A DNA stretch of 64,000 bases. Source: Candidatus Latescibacterota bacterium (GTDB taxonomy: Bacteria > Latescibacterota > UBA2968 > GCA-2709665). Below, piece by piece: positions 10,226-18,959 of the stretch. The DNA is taken from assembly GCA_965248435.1 (NCBI GenBank), contig OZ252100.1, positions 288,001 through 352,000 of the forward strand, given 5' to 3'. Each line of letters opens with the position of its first letter. The first letter of the stretch is position 1. The translations under genes and the position numbers were made by a program. The notes below the pieces were generated by a model. It did not search any database. It was given only the letters and a program-made list of their open reading frames with translations, and was not told where the DNA came from.

Positions 10226-10747
10226 TTAAAGGACCTGAAACCGCTCCACCGAGAGGATAAAGGGATGTCCCGAGTGCCCTTCCGTTTTCTTCCGGACGAT
10301 CTTTCCAGAGAGGCGGACGCGCTTATCTTCTCCTTTTAGCTTCTGCCAAACCTTCTGGAGTTGATCGTTTGATTCAACAAGAAAGAGATCCCCGCTGTCT
10401 GGAATGGTCACCACGGTCAACCCCTTTTTCTCCGAAAGACGACCCGTCACGGTAAGTGATATCTCTCTAGGTGTATAACCGCCATCCCTTACGGCCTTTT
10501 CTATTCCCTCTACTGACAAGGTCTCTTTCTTCCTTGCCGTCACCTTCGCGGTCCCCTCGTCTACCAAGATCTCCAGCTTTTCTACGCCTTTCAGGCCCTT
10601 AAGCTTTTTCTCCAGACCATAGGCGCAGAACGCACAAGCAAGACCGTCCAGTTTGATGCCCACCTCTTCAACTTGAGCGAAGGCGACCACTGACTTCGAT
10701 ACGAAGACGACTGCCAACATTCCGAGGGTCAGATTCCGTTTACGCAT
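10226..10747 (-). CDS. Exported heavy-metal-associated (HMA) domain protein
   Basis: Signal peptide, GLACAFCAYGLEKKL, additional C-terminal domain. RBS AGGAG. Confidence 0.8.
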   Translation of the reverse strand: MRKRNLTLGMLAVVFVSKSVVAFAQVEEVGIKLDGLACAFCAYGLEKKLKGLKGVEKLEILVDEGTAKVTARKKETLSVEGIEKAVRDGGYTPREISLTVTGRLSEKKGLTVVTIPDSGDLFLVESNDQLQKVWQKLKGEDKRVRLSGKIVRKKTEGHSGHPFILSVERFQVL

Positions 10748-10783
10748 TGAAAACTCCTCCATTTAAGGAAGCCCGTTTCATCA

Positions 10784-11641
10784 TCAAAACAGCAAGACCC
10801 GAATACCAACACTCAAGGTCCAATCCGGTTCCAGCTGAGTGCCATTAAGGTCCTTCAGCAGAGGAAGCTGTACCGAAGCCTCCGCGAGCAGGCGGCTAAG
10901 GGGTATATATTGAAGTCCGGGTGAGAGAAAAAGCACGTGGCCTCCCGAGTGAGGAGCGAACCGACCGCTGTCCTTATCCTTCTGTGTCCAGGCGCCGTTG
11001 AGATCCAGGTAGGCATTCACCTGCTGCGCCGGGTAAGTCCTGTAGACTCTCGGCGCCATCCGGAATGCCAGCGCGAGATTGTAGGCCAGGCCGTTGCCGT
11101 ATTCCAGGCTGTTCGCCTTGCCCCTAGCCATATAGAGCGCATCTGCATACACCCCAACCCGATCCCTGAGCCATGCAGTCACGAATCCAAAAGAGAAATC
11201 GGTCGAGCCGCTGCCGAGGGATGGCGCTTCCTGGTCATCTCCGGTGGGAAGTTTCAGGACGACCTTCGGCGCAAGACGGAAAGTCTCCCTGGGGCGGTCT
11301 ACCTGAAGAATCACGTATTTGGCGAAGAGCAACACATCGCCGAGACCCGAAGATGAGAGCTTCATTCCGCCCCTCTTCATCTCCTTGAAGACTGTCGGGA
11401 TGACGATTCCTACCACCCCATGCGTGGTTATGTTGTAAGGAATCGCTACCGGCCAGATGGTGGTGGTTAGCCGTTGGTCCAAACGCGTATTGGAAAGACG
11501 GACGACCCTGATGAATGTCCGAATCCCTCGTCCCTCGAGTCCCAGTGTAATCGGCGTATCGGTGTGGATCGGTGGACCCTGGGCCCCGCAGAAGGTTGGC
11601 ATCAGACCCAGGAAGATGGCCAGAGTCGATGCAATCCGCAT
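10784..11641 (-). CDS. Outer-membrane beta-barrel 'transporter' family protein
   Basis: Signal peptide, SSGLGDV, LKLPTGD, LFLSPGLQY, C-terminal Phe. Confidence 0.7.
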   Translation of the reverse strand: MRIASTLAIFLGLMPTFCGAQGPPIHTDTPITLGLEGRGIRTFIRVVRLSNTRLDQRLTTTIWPVAIPYNITTHGVVGIVIPTVFKEMKRGGMKLSSSGLGDVLLFAKYVILQVDRPRETFRLAPKVVLKLPTGDDQEAPSLGSGSTDFSFGFVTAWLRDRVGVYADALYMARGKANSLEYGNGLAYNLALAFRMAPRVYRTYPAQQVNAYLDLNGAWTQKDKDSGRFAPHSGGHVLFLSPGLQYIPLSRLLAEASVQLPLLKDLNGTQLEPDWTLSVGIRVLLF

Positions 11642-11652
11642 GGCCAGGGTTC

Positions 11653-12150
11653 TCAAATCTGCCTCTGCGCAATCCTCACCCGACGAAGCTGCGTCTTGGC
11701 ATGTTTTACCGTTCGTCCCACATTCCCGAGGCAGCAGGTCCCCTCCGGGTTCTTGATCTCGCACTCACAGTTTCCAGCCTTTATCTCAGATCTGATCATC
11801 TCGGGGATTCTGGTCTCACCTGTCCCTGCGATCTCGTCGTAAATCATTTTCTCTGAATGGTCGAAACAATAGCAGAGCGGGATCGGATCTTCAGTCTCCT
11901 TGAGACCCACGCGGACTTTCAAATCGGTCTTCAGGAATGATTGAGATCGTTCCTCCGAATAATAGACGACATTGCACGTCAGTGTCCTGCAAAAGTAGTA
12001 TTGACGACACTGAATATCAGCGACCCGCAGACTGAGAAGAAGATGTTCCAGAGTTACGCGGTCTACTGGCCTCCCAACCTGTTCGCAGGCGGGGCAGTTC
12101 GGACGGGCACCCCCGGAATCCAAGTTCCTGTCTTTGCAGCACCCTATCAT
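11653..12150 (-). CDS. CopZ-N-like Zn/[2Fe-2S] binding protein
   Basis: CPAC, YYFCRTLTCNVVYY, LCYCF, CECEIKNPEGTCCLGNV. Confidence 0.75.
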   Translation of the reverse strand: MIGCCKDRNLDSGGARPNCPACEQVGRPVDRVTLEHLLLSLRVADIQCRQYYFCRTLTCNVVYYSEERSQSFLKTDLKVRVGLKETEDPIPLCYCFDHSEKMIYDEIAGTGETRIPEMIRSEIKAGNCECEIKNPEGTCCLGNVGRTVKHAKTQLRRVRIAQRQI

Positions 12151-12153
12151 GCG

Positions 12154-12489
12154 CTAACCCGCACTCGGCTTACGAGCAGTAAACCCTGTGCTGTTGATTG
12201 CCTGGATCATCTGCTCCAGGGTCACCTTCCCTTCAGTATAAGTGATGACGGCTTCGCCGTTTTCCACATCCACCTTGGCACGCCGGATCCCATCCAGTTT
12301 GTTGAGGGCCATCTTCACGCTGACCGCACAAGCACCACAGGTCATTCCCTCCACGGGGAGGGTAAGTTGCTCGGCCGGTATGGACTCGGCCGTCGCCATG
12401 AACTCCGGACGATTATCGGACCTGTTGGACAGCAGGAGAAAGGCCGAGATCGCCACCACTATCACCAGAACGACGCCGATGGTTTTCAT
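12154..12489 (-). CDS. merP: MerP-like periplasmic metal-binding HMA protein
   Basis: N-terminal hydrophobic segment and GMTCGAC, directly downstream of merT. Confidence 0.7.
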   Translation of the reverse strand: MKTIGVVLVIVVAISAFLLLSNRSDNRPEFMATAESIPAEQLTLPVEGMTCGACAVSVKMALNKLDGIRRAKVDVENGEAVITYTEGKVTLEQMIQAINSTGFTARKPSAG

Positions 12490-12563
12490 TTCCGATGCCT
12501 CCTATGTAAGTCCTGCAACAAACTGTGAATCAATGAATTACATCCTATTATAAATGCACATGG

Positions 12564-12902
12564 TTAAGCGATCAGCGGCAGCAGGTAGGGGGCGGCCACC
12601 AACACCAGGGCCACGGCAGTGGCGATCCAGAGCAAGACCATGTACCGCTGTGCCCTCTCATTTGTTGGGCAGACATCTCCCTCTTCGCACTTCTGCTTTC
12701 GCCCGTAGGTGAGATAGAAAGCAGCTCCGAGAAAGAGGAACGTCACCCCCAGGAAGTATGGACGATAGGCTTCCATGCCTGCCGCCGCACCCAGGCCGCC
12801 GATCCCCAGCACAACGGCCAGAACCGGGCCGATGCAGCAGAGAGAGGCGACAAAGGCAGCCAGGACCGATCCGATCTGTGGGACCCACGTCTTCATTTGC
12901 AA
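12564..12902 (-). CDS. merT: Mercuric transport protein MerT
   Basis: ASLCCIGP, YRPYFLG, loop CEEGDVC, three TM segments. Confidence 0.8.
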   Translation of the reverse strand: MQMKTWVPQIGSVLAAFVASLCCIGPVLAVVLGIGGLGAAAGMEAYRPYFLGVTFLFLGAAFYLTYGRKQKCEEGDVCPTNERAQRYMVLLWIATAVALVLVAAPYLLPLIA

Positions 12903-13318
12903 CCGTTACGTCGTTTCACGGGCTGCTCCATCGCCTCCAGAATCGGACAATCGCCCCTTGGGCCGCGACCCCTGCAGGAAGCTACCAATTTTGTGAGTGC
13001 CCTTTTCATGCCTTGCAGGGCACGAATCTTCTCTTCGGTTTCTTCAAGCTTCGCCTCCGCGCGTTTCTTGACATCCCCACAGGTCGTATCCGGGTCCACC
13101 CGAAGACTCAGGAGTTCAGAAATCTCGTCGAGCGAGAATCCCAGCGTCTGTGCGTGCTTGATAAATTGCATGCGTGTAACGGCGTCTCCGCCATACTGTC
13201 TGTACCCGGACGCGCGCCTGACGGGTCTCGGGAGGAGGCCCCGCCGTTCATAATACCGGACGGTTTCGACGTTTACCCCCGCCCTTCTGGCGAACTGACC
13301 TACCGATAAGGTTTCCAT
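12893..13318 (-). CDS. merR: Hg(II)-type MerR family regulator
   Basis: AGVNVETVRYYERRGLL HTH. Three Cys (TTC, ASC, GDC) match the C82/C117/C126 pattern. Confidence 0.8.
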   Translation of the reverse strand: METLSVGQFARRAGVNVETVRYYERRGLLPRPVRRASGYRQYGGDAVTRMQFIKHAQTLGFSLDEISELLSLRVDPDTTCGDVKKRAEAKLEETEEKIRALQGMKRALTKLVASCRGRGPRGDCPILEAMEQPVKRRNGCK

Positions 13319-13331
13319 TTTAACCTCGATC

Positions 13332-13781
13332 CTAATCCGAAAGTTCGACGCATTCCTGGGCAAGCTTCGTGTATTTGCCCCACACCTTTTCGGGCAGATA
13401 GTTCAAAATGATGGCTCCGACCAACATCGTCATGCCGATCCAACGCCAAGCCTGTAGACCAAAAGGCAGGATGTCAAATCCGTGCAGCAACGAGGCCGCG
13501 CTTCCGAGAAGAAAGAACGGACCTGTGAGGTGGCAGTGTACCCGACCACACCGAAAGGCGTTTGCCAGACAGGCCACGCCCATCTCGGCAAAGCAAGCCG
13601 TCCAGACGATGGTTCTGATCATCAGATGATCCAGGAAAGCCGTCACCACGATGGCAACAATGGGGATTCCCCAAACCAGGGCTGATGTCAGGCCGCTGTT
13701 GGCCCAATCCTTTCGGTCGGTTGGACAGATATCGTGCATATAGCGCCATCCCCGCTGATCCAGTTGGTACAGACGATCCAT
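13332..13781 (-). CDS. Cys-rich four-TM membrane protein, first gene of the mer-like operon (start may be 13739)
   Basis: ACLANAFRCGRVHCHLTGPFFL motif, hydrophobic segments. Confidence 0.65.
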   Translation of the reverse strand: MDRLYQLDQRGWRYMHDICPTDRKDWANSGLTSALVWGIPIVAIVVTAFLDHLMIRTIVWTACFAEMGVACLANAFRCGRVHCHLTGPFFLLGSAASLLHGFDILPFGLQAWRWIGMTMLVGAIILNYLPEKVWGKYTKLAQECVELSD

Positions 13782-13793
13782 CTTTTTTGATTA

Positions 13794-13824
13794 AATATAA
13801 CCCCGTACCTGGATACGGAGTCAA
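13794..13824 (-). promoter_or_regulatory. MerR-type promoter/operator
   Basis: TTGACT-CCGTATCCAGGTACGGGGT (19 bp)-TATATT, with a CCGTA..TACGG dyad like the Tn21/Tn501 merOP. Confidence 0.85.
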
Positions 13825-13845
13825 GCCCCGTATCAAAAAACATTC

Positions 13846-13875
13846 AGGCCGGCCGCGATCTGCCACGGCCGGCCT
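13846..13875 (-). terminator. Intrinsic terminator downstream of the OMP gene
   Basis: AGGCCGGCCG / CGGCCGGCCT 10-bp stem with a T-run a few nt downstream on the minus strand. Confidence 0.6.
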
Positions 13876-13927
13876 TTCTTCGATCCATACTGGATTATCG
13901 GATTTGTTTTTTCTCTATTTCAGGTAG

Positions 13928-14407
13928 CTATTTGCCCATGATCGGAAGTGTGATTCCTCCGTGGACTGTGACCCCATTCAGCAGGTCATCGGCCGCCCAG
14001 GCGTATTTTCCCTGGACGAAGAAGCCGACCCGGTCCATCAGGTCGAACCGGATCCCGGCAACGCCGTTGACGTGAAACTTCGTCTTCCCACCGGCATCGG
14101 CAACTCCGAACCCAGGACCGAAATAGAAATGTCCCGCGTTGTAATGGAGCTCGCCGCCCGCCAGTGTGCTGGTAATATCGTTTCGGCGGGAGAACTCATA
14201 AAACGGGGTCAGATTAAACGGACCGGTCAGCTCCAGGTCGACCGATACGTGAGCCCCGCCTCCGGTAGCATCCAGGGCGACCTTGTCGTTCCAGAGAATG
14301 CCGCCCCCCAGCTTGATCTGCTGGAATGCACCGAAACCGGCCTCAGTTGAAAGTGGCAGGCCCAGCACTAACGTTACAAAAGTAAACGCAATCGCGAACT
14401 GTCTCAT
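13928..14407 (-). CDS. Small outer-membrane beta-barrel protein
   Basis: RBS AGGAGG, signal peptide, alternating beta strands (YFGPGFG, GFFVQGKY). Confidence 0.7.
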   Translation of the reverse strand: MRQFAIAFTFVTLVLGLPLSTEAGFGAFQQIKLGGGILWNDKVALDATGGGAHVSVDLELTGPFNLTPFYEFSRRNDITSTLAGGELHYNAGHFYFGPGFGVADAGGKTKFHVNGVAGIRFDLMDRVGFFVQGKYAWAADDLLNGVTVHGGITLPIMGK

Positions 14408-14636
14408 ACGCCCAACCTCCTTAATCCCTCCCATCAGAATCGACCGACATACCAGGTTTGGATCGAAGGATCTCGGAGTTTGTTTTGAAACGAAGAAGCC
14501 GGACCCAATCGGCAGGTGCCGAATAGCCCGGCTTGGAGTTTTCGCTCCGTGAGCGACTTTCCTATTAGACGATTACCCCCGTTCCGGGGTTCCCAAACAG
14601 GTTGCGCAAGTTTCGTAAATAGCTATTTATATTGTA

Positions 14637-16811
14637 CTAATGTCGCATCATCCCTTCGCCAGAAAGTTGAGACAATCTCCAGGTTCGCTCCAACAGCGTG
14701 TAGGGTGACTGCCGGGCGACCGCCTCTGCCGAATCGATTTTCGCGGCTCCGTCGGGGCTCAATCCGTTTCGTCCGTAGGACTCGAAGAAACCCAGGTAAA
14801 AGTGGTCGGGGTGAACCTCTACGCGCACCTGGAGCCTATCTGATTCTGAACCTCGTTCGGCGCTGTATCTCCAGAGCCACTTTCCTCCCGCCGGGATCCG
14901 CGTATCGAACACCTCCCTGTTTTCATTCCAGCTCAGGATGATTTCTCGCCCGATCGCACGCCGGGCCTCGGATCCCTCGACCGGCTTGAGGTCTTTGCTC
15001 AACAGCCTCGCTTCTACGTAGATCATTGGAGTCACATAAGTCGGAAGGTGGTGACCTGCCCCCCGGTTTGAGATCGAGATCTCCGCCGCGACAGTGTCGG
15101 GTCCTGCTGTGATCGGATTGATCTCGAGGGAGACGGCGTCTCGAACGATTGGGGGATCGTGAATTCCCTTCCAGGTATGGCGCCTCTCCGGCATATGACA
15201 GGTCTGACAGGTCTCTCCGTTTGCCGCCTGGGGGCTCTGGAGCCATTCCCCGTAAGTATCCTGCAGGAGTTTTCCATTCAGACGAAATCCGTCTTCGTCA
15301 AACTGATGGCAGTGTCGGCAGAACGCAGATGACTGAAAGGCAGTCGATGCTGTGCCCCCAGCGTGACCCGGGCTCCGCCAGACCTGGGCGGGAGGCCGAG
15401 CGCCGGGAGGGGGTCCGAACCGGATGTGGGATCGCACGTGGCAGACCAGGCACGTAATCCCTTCTGCCTGTATGGTCGGGTTGAGTTGCTCACCTTTCTC
15501 CTGCTGCTCCGCGGCGGGGGCGTGGCAGGACAGACAGCCTGCAGTAAATCTCTCATCCTCGGTCCTATCTATCAACTGACCCACCACGCCAGGACCCATA
15601 CTCAGGGAGTGCCGGGTAGTCTGCCACTCCTGTGACTGCTGTGGATGACACCCCCCACAGGACTCCGCTCGAAGGTCCTTCGCGAGGGCATGGTATGCGG
15701 CAGGGGCTTCACCCTGGTGGGGAATGGGTGTTTCCCAAAACGTTTGCAGGAACAGTTCGTCTTCCACTCCCGTTCCGGCCCCCCGCTTCAAAAGAAGCGC
15801 CTGAGAGATCTCAGCGACCTCCTCTTCTCTCAACGAGATTTGCGGGCTGCCAAACCTGGGCACGAGCCCGTGATGCAGAGCGAATCGCAGACCCTCTTCG
15901 GCGGCGGGATGCTCGAGGGGCACGCTCAGGGCCCCGATTCGGTGACAACCCGCGCAGCCTCGCTGGGCAAAAGTTGAAAGACCCCCGGATATCGACTCTG
16001 AAGGACCGGACGGTGGGCCTGGATCGAGCTTCAATCTCCCCAATGCTTCGCCCAACAGAAATGCTGCCAGGTCTCCGATATCATCTTCTGACAAGTCGAA
16101 GCGGGGCATCCTCGCGTTGGGGATCATCGATTTCGGGTCGGCAAGATAGGCCAGAAGCCATTCAGGTCTGACCTTTTCCCCGATCCGGTCCAGCGCAGGC
16201 CCCAACGTACCGCCGAGGCCTCCGACTCGGTGACAGGCACTGCAGCCCGAAGAATCGTAGAGTGCCTCCCCGCGGGCGCGGCTGCCTGACGCCGGGGCAG
16301 GGCCGAGCTCGATTCCCCGAACGGATGTGAGAAACGCCACTAGGTTCCCTCGCTCTTCTTCACTCAAAGGCACGCGAGGCATCCTGGCCCCGGGGAGCGA
16401 TTTCGAGGGATCCTCCAGCCAGCGCCGCAGCCAATCCCCTGTCGTCTTTTGGCCGATGTTGTCGAGGTCGGGTCCCCAGCGTCGGGACACTTGACTGTTC
16501 TCGAGACCGTGACACGTCTCGCATCCGTAGAAGGAGAGCAGTCCCCTGCCGATTTGTCCTGAAGGACTGACCGGCCCGGGTGATTCAAGACCATGAATCA
16601 CCTCGAAGGGTCGCTCACTCGCATCCGGAACCCGAATTCGGACATCCCTGACGAGAGGATGAGGCGCTTCGGCCCAGACGACCCCATAAGCAGCCACACA
16701 AAGGAGTAGACACTGGAGCTGTAGAAACGACAAGAGGCGGCATAACCGCCGCCCCTCGAAGCGTGAACGAAACGTCACGCGATGTTGTGAAGGGGTGCTG
16801 CCTAGCAGCAT
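14637..16811 (-). CDS. Multiheme (8 CxxCH) cytochrome c
   Basis: CETCH, CSACH, CAGCH, CGGCH, CLSCH, CLVCH, CRHCH, CQTCH. The N-terminal class I domains have GPxL...MP motifs. Start uncertain; ATG 16811 overlaps the arsM stop. Confidence 0.8.
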   Translation of the reverse strand: MLLGSTPSQHRVTFRSRFEGRRLCRLLSFLQLQCLLLCVAAYGVVWAEAPHPLVRDVRIRVPDASERPFEVIHGLESPGPVSPSGQIGRGLLSFYGCETCHGLENSQVSRRWGPDLDNIGQKTTGDWLRRWLEDPSKSLPGARMPRVPLSEEERGNLVAFLTSVRGIELGPAPASGSRARGEALYDSSGCSACHRVGGLGGTLGPALDRIGEKVRPEWLLAYLADPKSMIPNARMPRFDLSEDDIGDLAAFLLGEALGRLKLDPGPPSGPSESISGGLSTFAQRGCAGCHRIGALSVPLEHPAAEEGLRFALHHGLVPRFGSPQISLREEEVAEISQALLLKRGAGTGVEDELFLQTFWETPIPHQGEAPAAYHALAKDLRAESCGGCHPQQSQEWQTTRHSLSMGPGVVGQLIDRTEDERFTAGCLSCHAPAAEQQEKGEQLNPTIQAEGITCLVCHVRSHIRFGPPPGARPPAQVWRSPGHAGGTASTAFQSSAFCRHCHQFDEDGFRLNGKLLQDTYGEWLQSPQAANGETCQTCHMPERRHTWKGIHDPPIVRDAVSLEINPITAGPDTVAAEISISNRGAGHHLPTYVTPMIYVEARLLSKDLKPVEGSEARRAIGREIILSWNENREVFDTRIPAGGKWLWRYSAERGSESDRLQVRVEVHPDHFYLGFFESYGRNGLSPDGAAKIDSAEAVARQSPYTLLERTWRLSQLSGEGMMRH

Positions 16812-17773
16812 CCGCCTCCTCCATAATGATAAGTTGAAGGCGTAACGAAGATATCGTCCCGTCCCAGCGCCTCGAACCACTTTCCGGTTTTGTCGCAAAC
16901 CGCCAGGGGGACATCCGGCACCAGGACGTGGCCCTTACCGTCATCAAAGCATGCCTCTTCTCCAGTATAAAAGACCATCCTCCCCGTGAACACGCAGGGG
17001 CCGTCGGCGGGCAGGGGGTCATTGAACGCCGCCAGTTCTACCGTCTCCAGCAGAAGGTCCTCATGGGTCCCGTAGCGTTTTCGATCCAGGATGCGATAGG
17101 GCCGTCTCCCGCGGACTTCGACGGTTCCGTAACCGGCGTCCGTGATCAACTCCAGATACACATCCAGGGAAACCGCTCCGGAGAGGCATTCCGCCCGCAG
17201 GCGCTCGTCTGATCTCAGACGATCCGGGATCGGTTGTTCGGCAATGGGATCAGAAATCGAAAGCAGGCCTCCCCGGCTGAGCACGCGCCGCATCTCGCCG
17301 AGTGCCCTTATCAGGTCTTCCTTTTCGAAAATGTTGAACAGGCAGTTCTGGGCCGCCAGGTCGACACTCGCGTCCGGAACGGGCAGGTCCAGGGCGTCTC
17401 CCTCGAGCAGGGTGACAAAAGAGGGATCGAACCAGGGATTGGCTTCCGCCGCAATCTCGAAGTTGGCTCTGGCCTTCTCGAGCATCTCCGGAACACTGTC
17501 AACGGCGATGATAGAGCCCGCCCGCCTCGTGAAATAGGCGAACTGAAGGGCCTCCATGCCTCCCCCGACTCCGACGTAGAGCACATTCGTGTCGGGATTC
17601 AGATCCTGCAGGTGCACCGTCGTCCCACATCCATAGTTCATCTCGGACATCTCCTCGGGAACGACCAATCCCGGGAGCGCCATCGGTTTGGAAGTGGAGC
17701 AACAGAGCGAGGCCTGGGGCTCCAATGCGGCCTCCCGATAAACCTCGCGAGTCGTTTCCAGATAGGTGCTCAT
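16802..17773 (-). CDS. arsM: Arsenite S-adenosylmethyltransferase (cyanobacterial/arsenosugar-cluster type)
   Basis: SLCC, MNYGCGTTVH, YVGVGGG, AQNCLFNIF, RAECLSGA, VCDKT, C-terminal GGGGCC. Confidence 0.8.
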   Translation of the reverse strand: MSTYLETTREVYREAALEPQASLCCSTSKPMALPGLVVPEEMSEMNYGCGTTVHLQDLNPDTNVLYVGVGGGMEALQFAYFTRRAGSIIAVDSVPEMLEKARANFEIAAEANPWFDPSFVTLLEGDALDLPVPDASVDLAAQNCLFNIFEKEDLIRALGEMRRVLSRGGLLSISDPIAEQPIPDRLRSDERLRAECLSGAVSLDVYLELITDAGYGTVEVRGRRPYRILDRKRYGTHEDLLLETVELAAFNDPLPADGPCVFTGRMVFYTGEEACFDDGKGHVLVPDVPLAVCDKTGKWFEALGRDDIFVTPSTYHYGGGGCC

Positions 17774-17792
17774 TCATCCTCCTCTGCGATCG

Positions 17793-18902
17793 TCAGAAAT
17801 AAACCCTGAGAAACAGAATCGTGGCTCCGGCAAGGACCGCTGAAAGCGGAAGTGTGATGATCCAGGCGCCCACGATACCGCCTATCACGTTCCACCTCCC
17901 CTGTCGAGTCGCAATGCCCATGCCAAACAGCGAACCGCACGAAACGTGCGTTGTAGAAACCGGGACGCCCATCCGGGACGCACCCAGTACCATCAAAGAA
18001 GTGATGAGATTGGCCGTGAACCCTTGACCGTGATTCATCTCCGTGATTCGATAGCTCATTGTATCGGCCACGCGTCGCGCACTCAACAGGCCGCCCGCGG
18101 CCATCGCCAGGCCGACGGCAAAGGAAGCCGACCCCGGACTCAGGAGATACGCACCGGAGACAAGGGCTACGATCTTAGGCGTGTCGTTCAATCCCCGTGC
18201 GAGACAAACGGCGCCCGCGCTCAGAAAGTGGAGCCGATCCAGAACCGTCTGAGCGCTCACACCGAGCACGCCTCCTGAGTAGCGCTCGGCACAGCTGGAT
18301 ATGTCGTCTACCCGCAGGGCAAGCCCAGATGACTGCAGGGCGGTTGCCTCTCCAATGCCTACGGGGACCCAATCCCCCCCAGGTTCGATGCATACACAGG
18401 TCTGCTTTCCGATTCCCATTCGGAGCCGGAGGCCCCGAAGGATGGGATAGAGCCCGCGTGTTGCCGCCAGGGACAGCAGTGGGCTGACCAGCAGCGGCAG
18501 CAGGAACACTCCCCAAAGCTCGGCGAATCTGACATCGGTCCAGACAGAGATGAGTCCGGCGCCGGACAGCGCACCTGTCAAGCTGTGCGTCGTCGAGATT
18601 GGAACGCCTGAACGTGTCGCAATGATCACCGTGCATGCAGCACTGAAGCCAACCGCCGTGAGAAAGGGCAAGTCAAGCAAGGCATCGGGCACCAGCCCCT
18701 TGCCTGAAAAGATGTGAAGCAGCCTGTAGGAGAAGAATGCGGCCAGGACCGATCCGGCAAAGGTCGTGACCGTCGACCAGGCAAGCGCTTTTCGGTAGCC
18801 CGTGGTGCTGCTGCCCAAAAGCGTGGCGACGCCCTTGAAGTTGTCGTTTGCCCCATTGGCATATGCGAGAAAGAGTACGGAAGCGATCAGCAGCTCCGTC
18901 AA
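17793..18902 (-). CDS. PiT family inorganic phosphate/anion transporter
   Basis: NGANDNFKG, PISTTH, GLNDTPK, PVSTTH. Has a Cys-containing loop (TCVC...SSC). Confidence 0.85.
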   Translation of the reverse strand: MTELLIASVLFLAYANGANDNFKGVATLLGSSTTGYRKALAWSTVTTFAGSVLAAFFSYRLLHIFSGKGLVPDALLDLPFLTAVGFSAACTVIIATRSGVPISTTHSLTGALSGAGLISVWTDVRFAELWGVFLLPLLVSPLLSLAATRGLYPILRGLRLRMGIGKQTCVCIEPGGDWVPVGIGEATALQSSGLALRVDDISSCAERYSGGVLGVSAQTVLDRLHFLSAGAVCLARGLNDTPKIVALVSGAYLLSPGSASFAVGLAMAAGGLLSARRVADTMSYRITEMNHGQGFTANLITSLMVLGASRMGVPVSTTHVSCGSLFGMGIATRQGRWNVIGGIVGAWIITLPLSAVLAGATILFLRVYF

Positions 18903-18959
18903 GACACGGCTCCTCCCTCGGCGCTGGGTGGATGTGGGTCGCTGGATCTGTTCGGGCTG

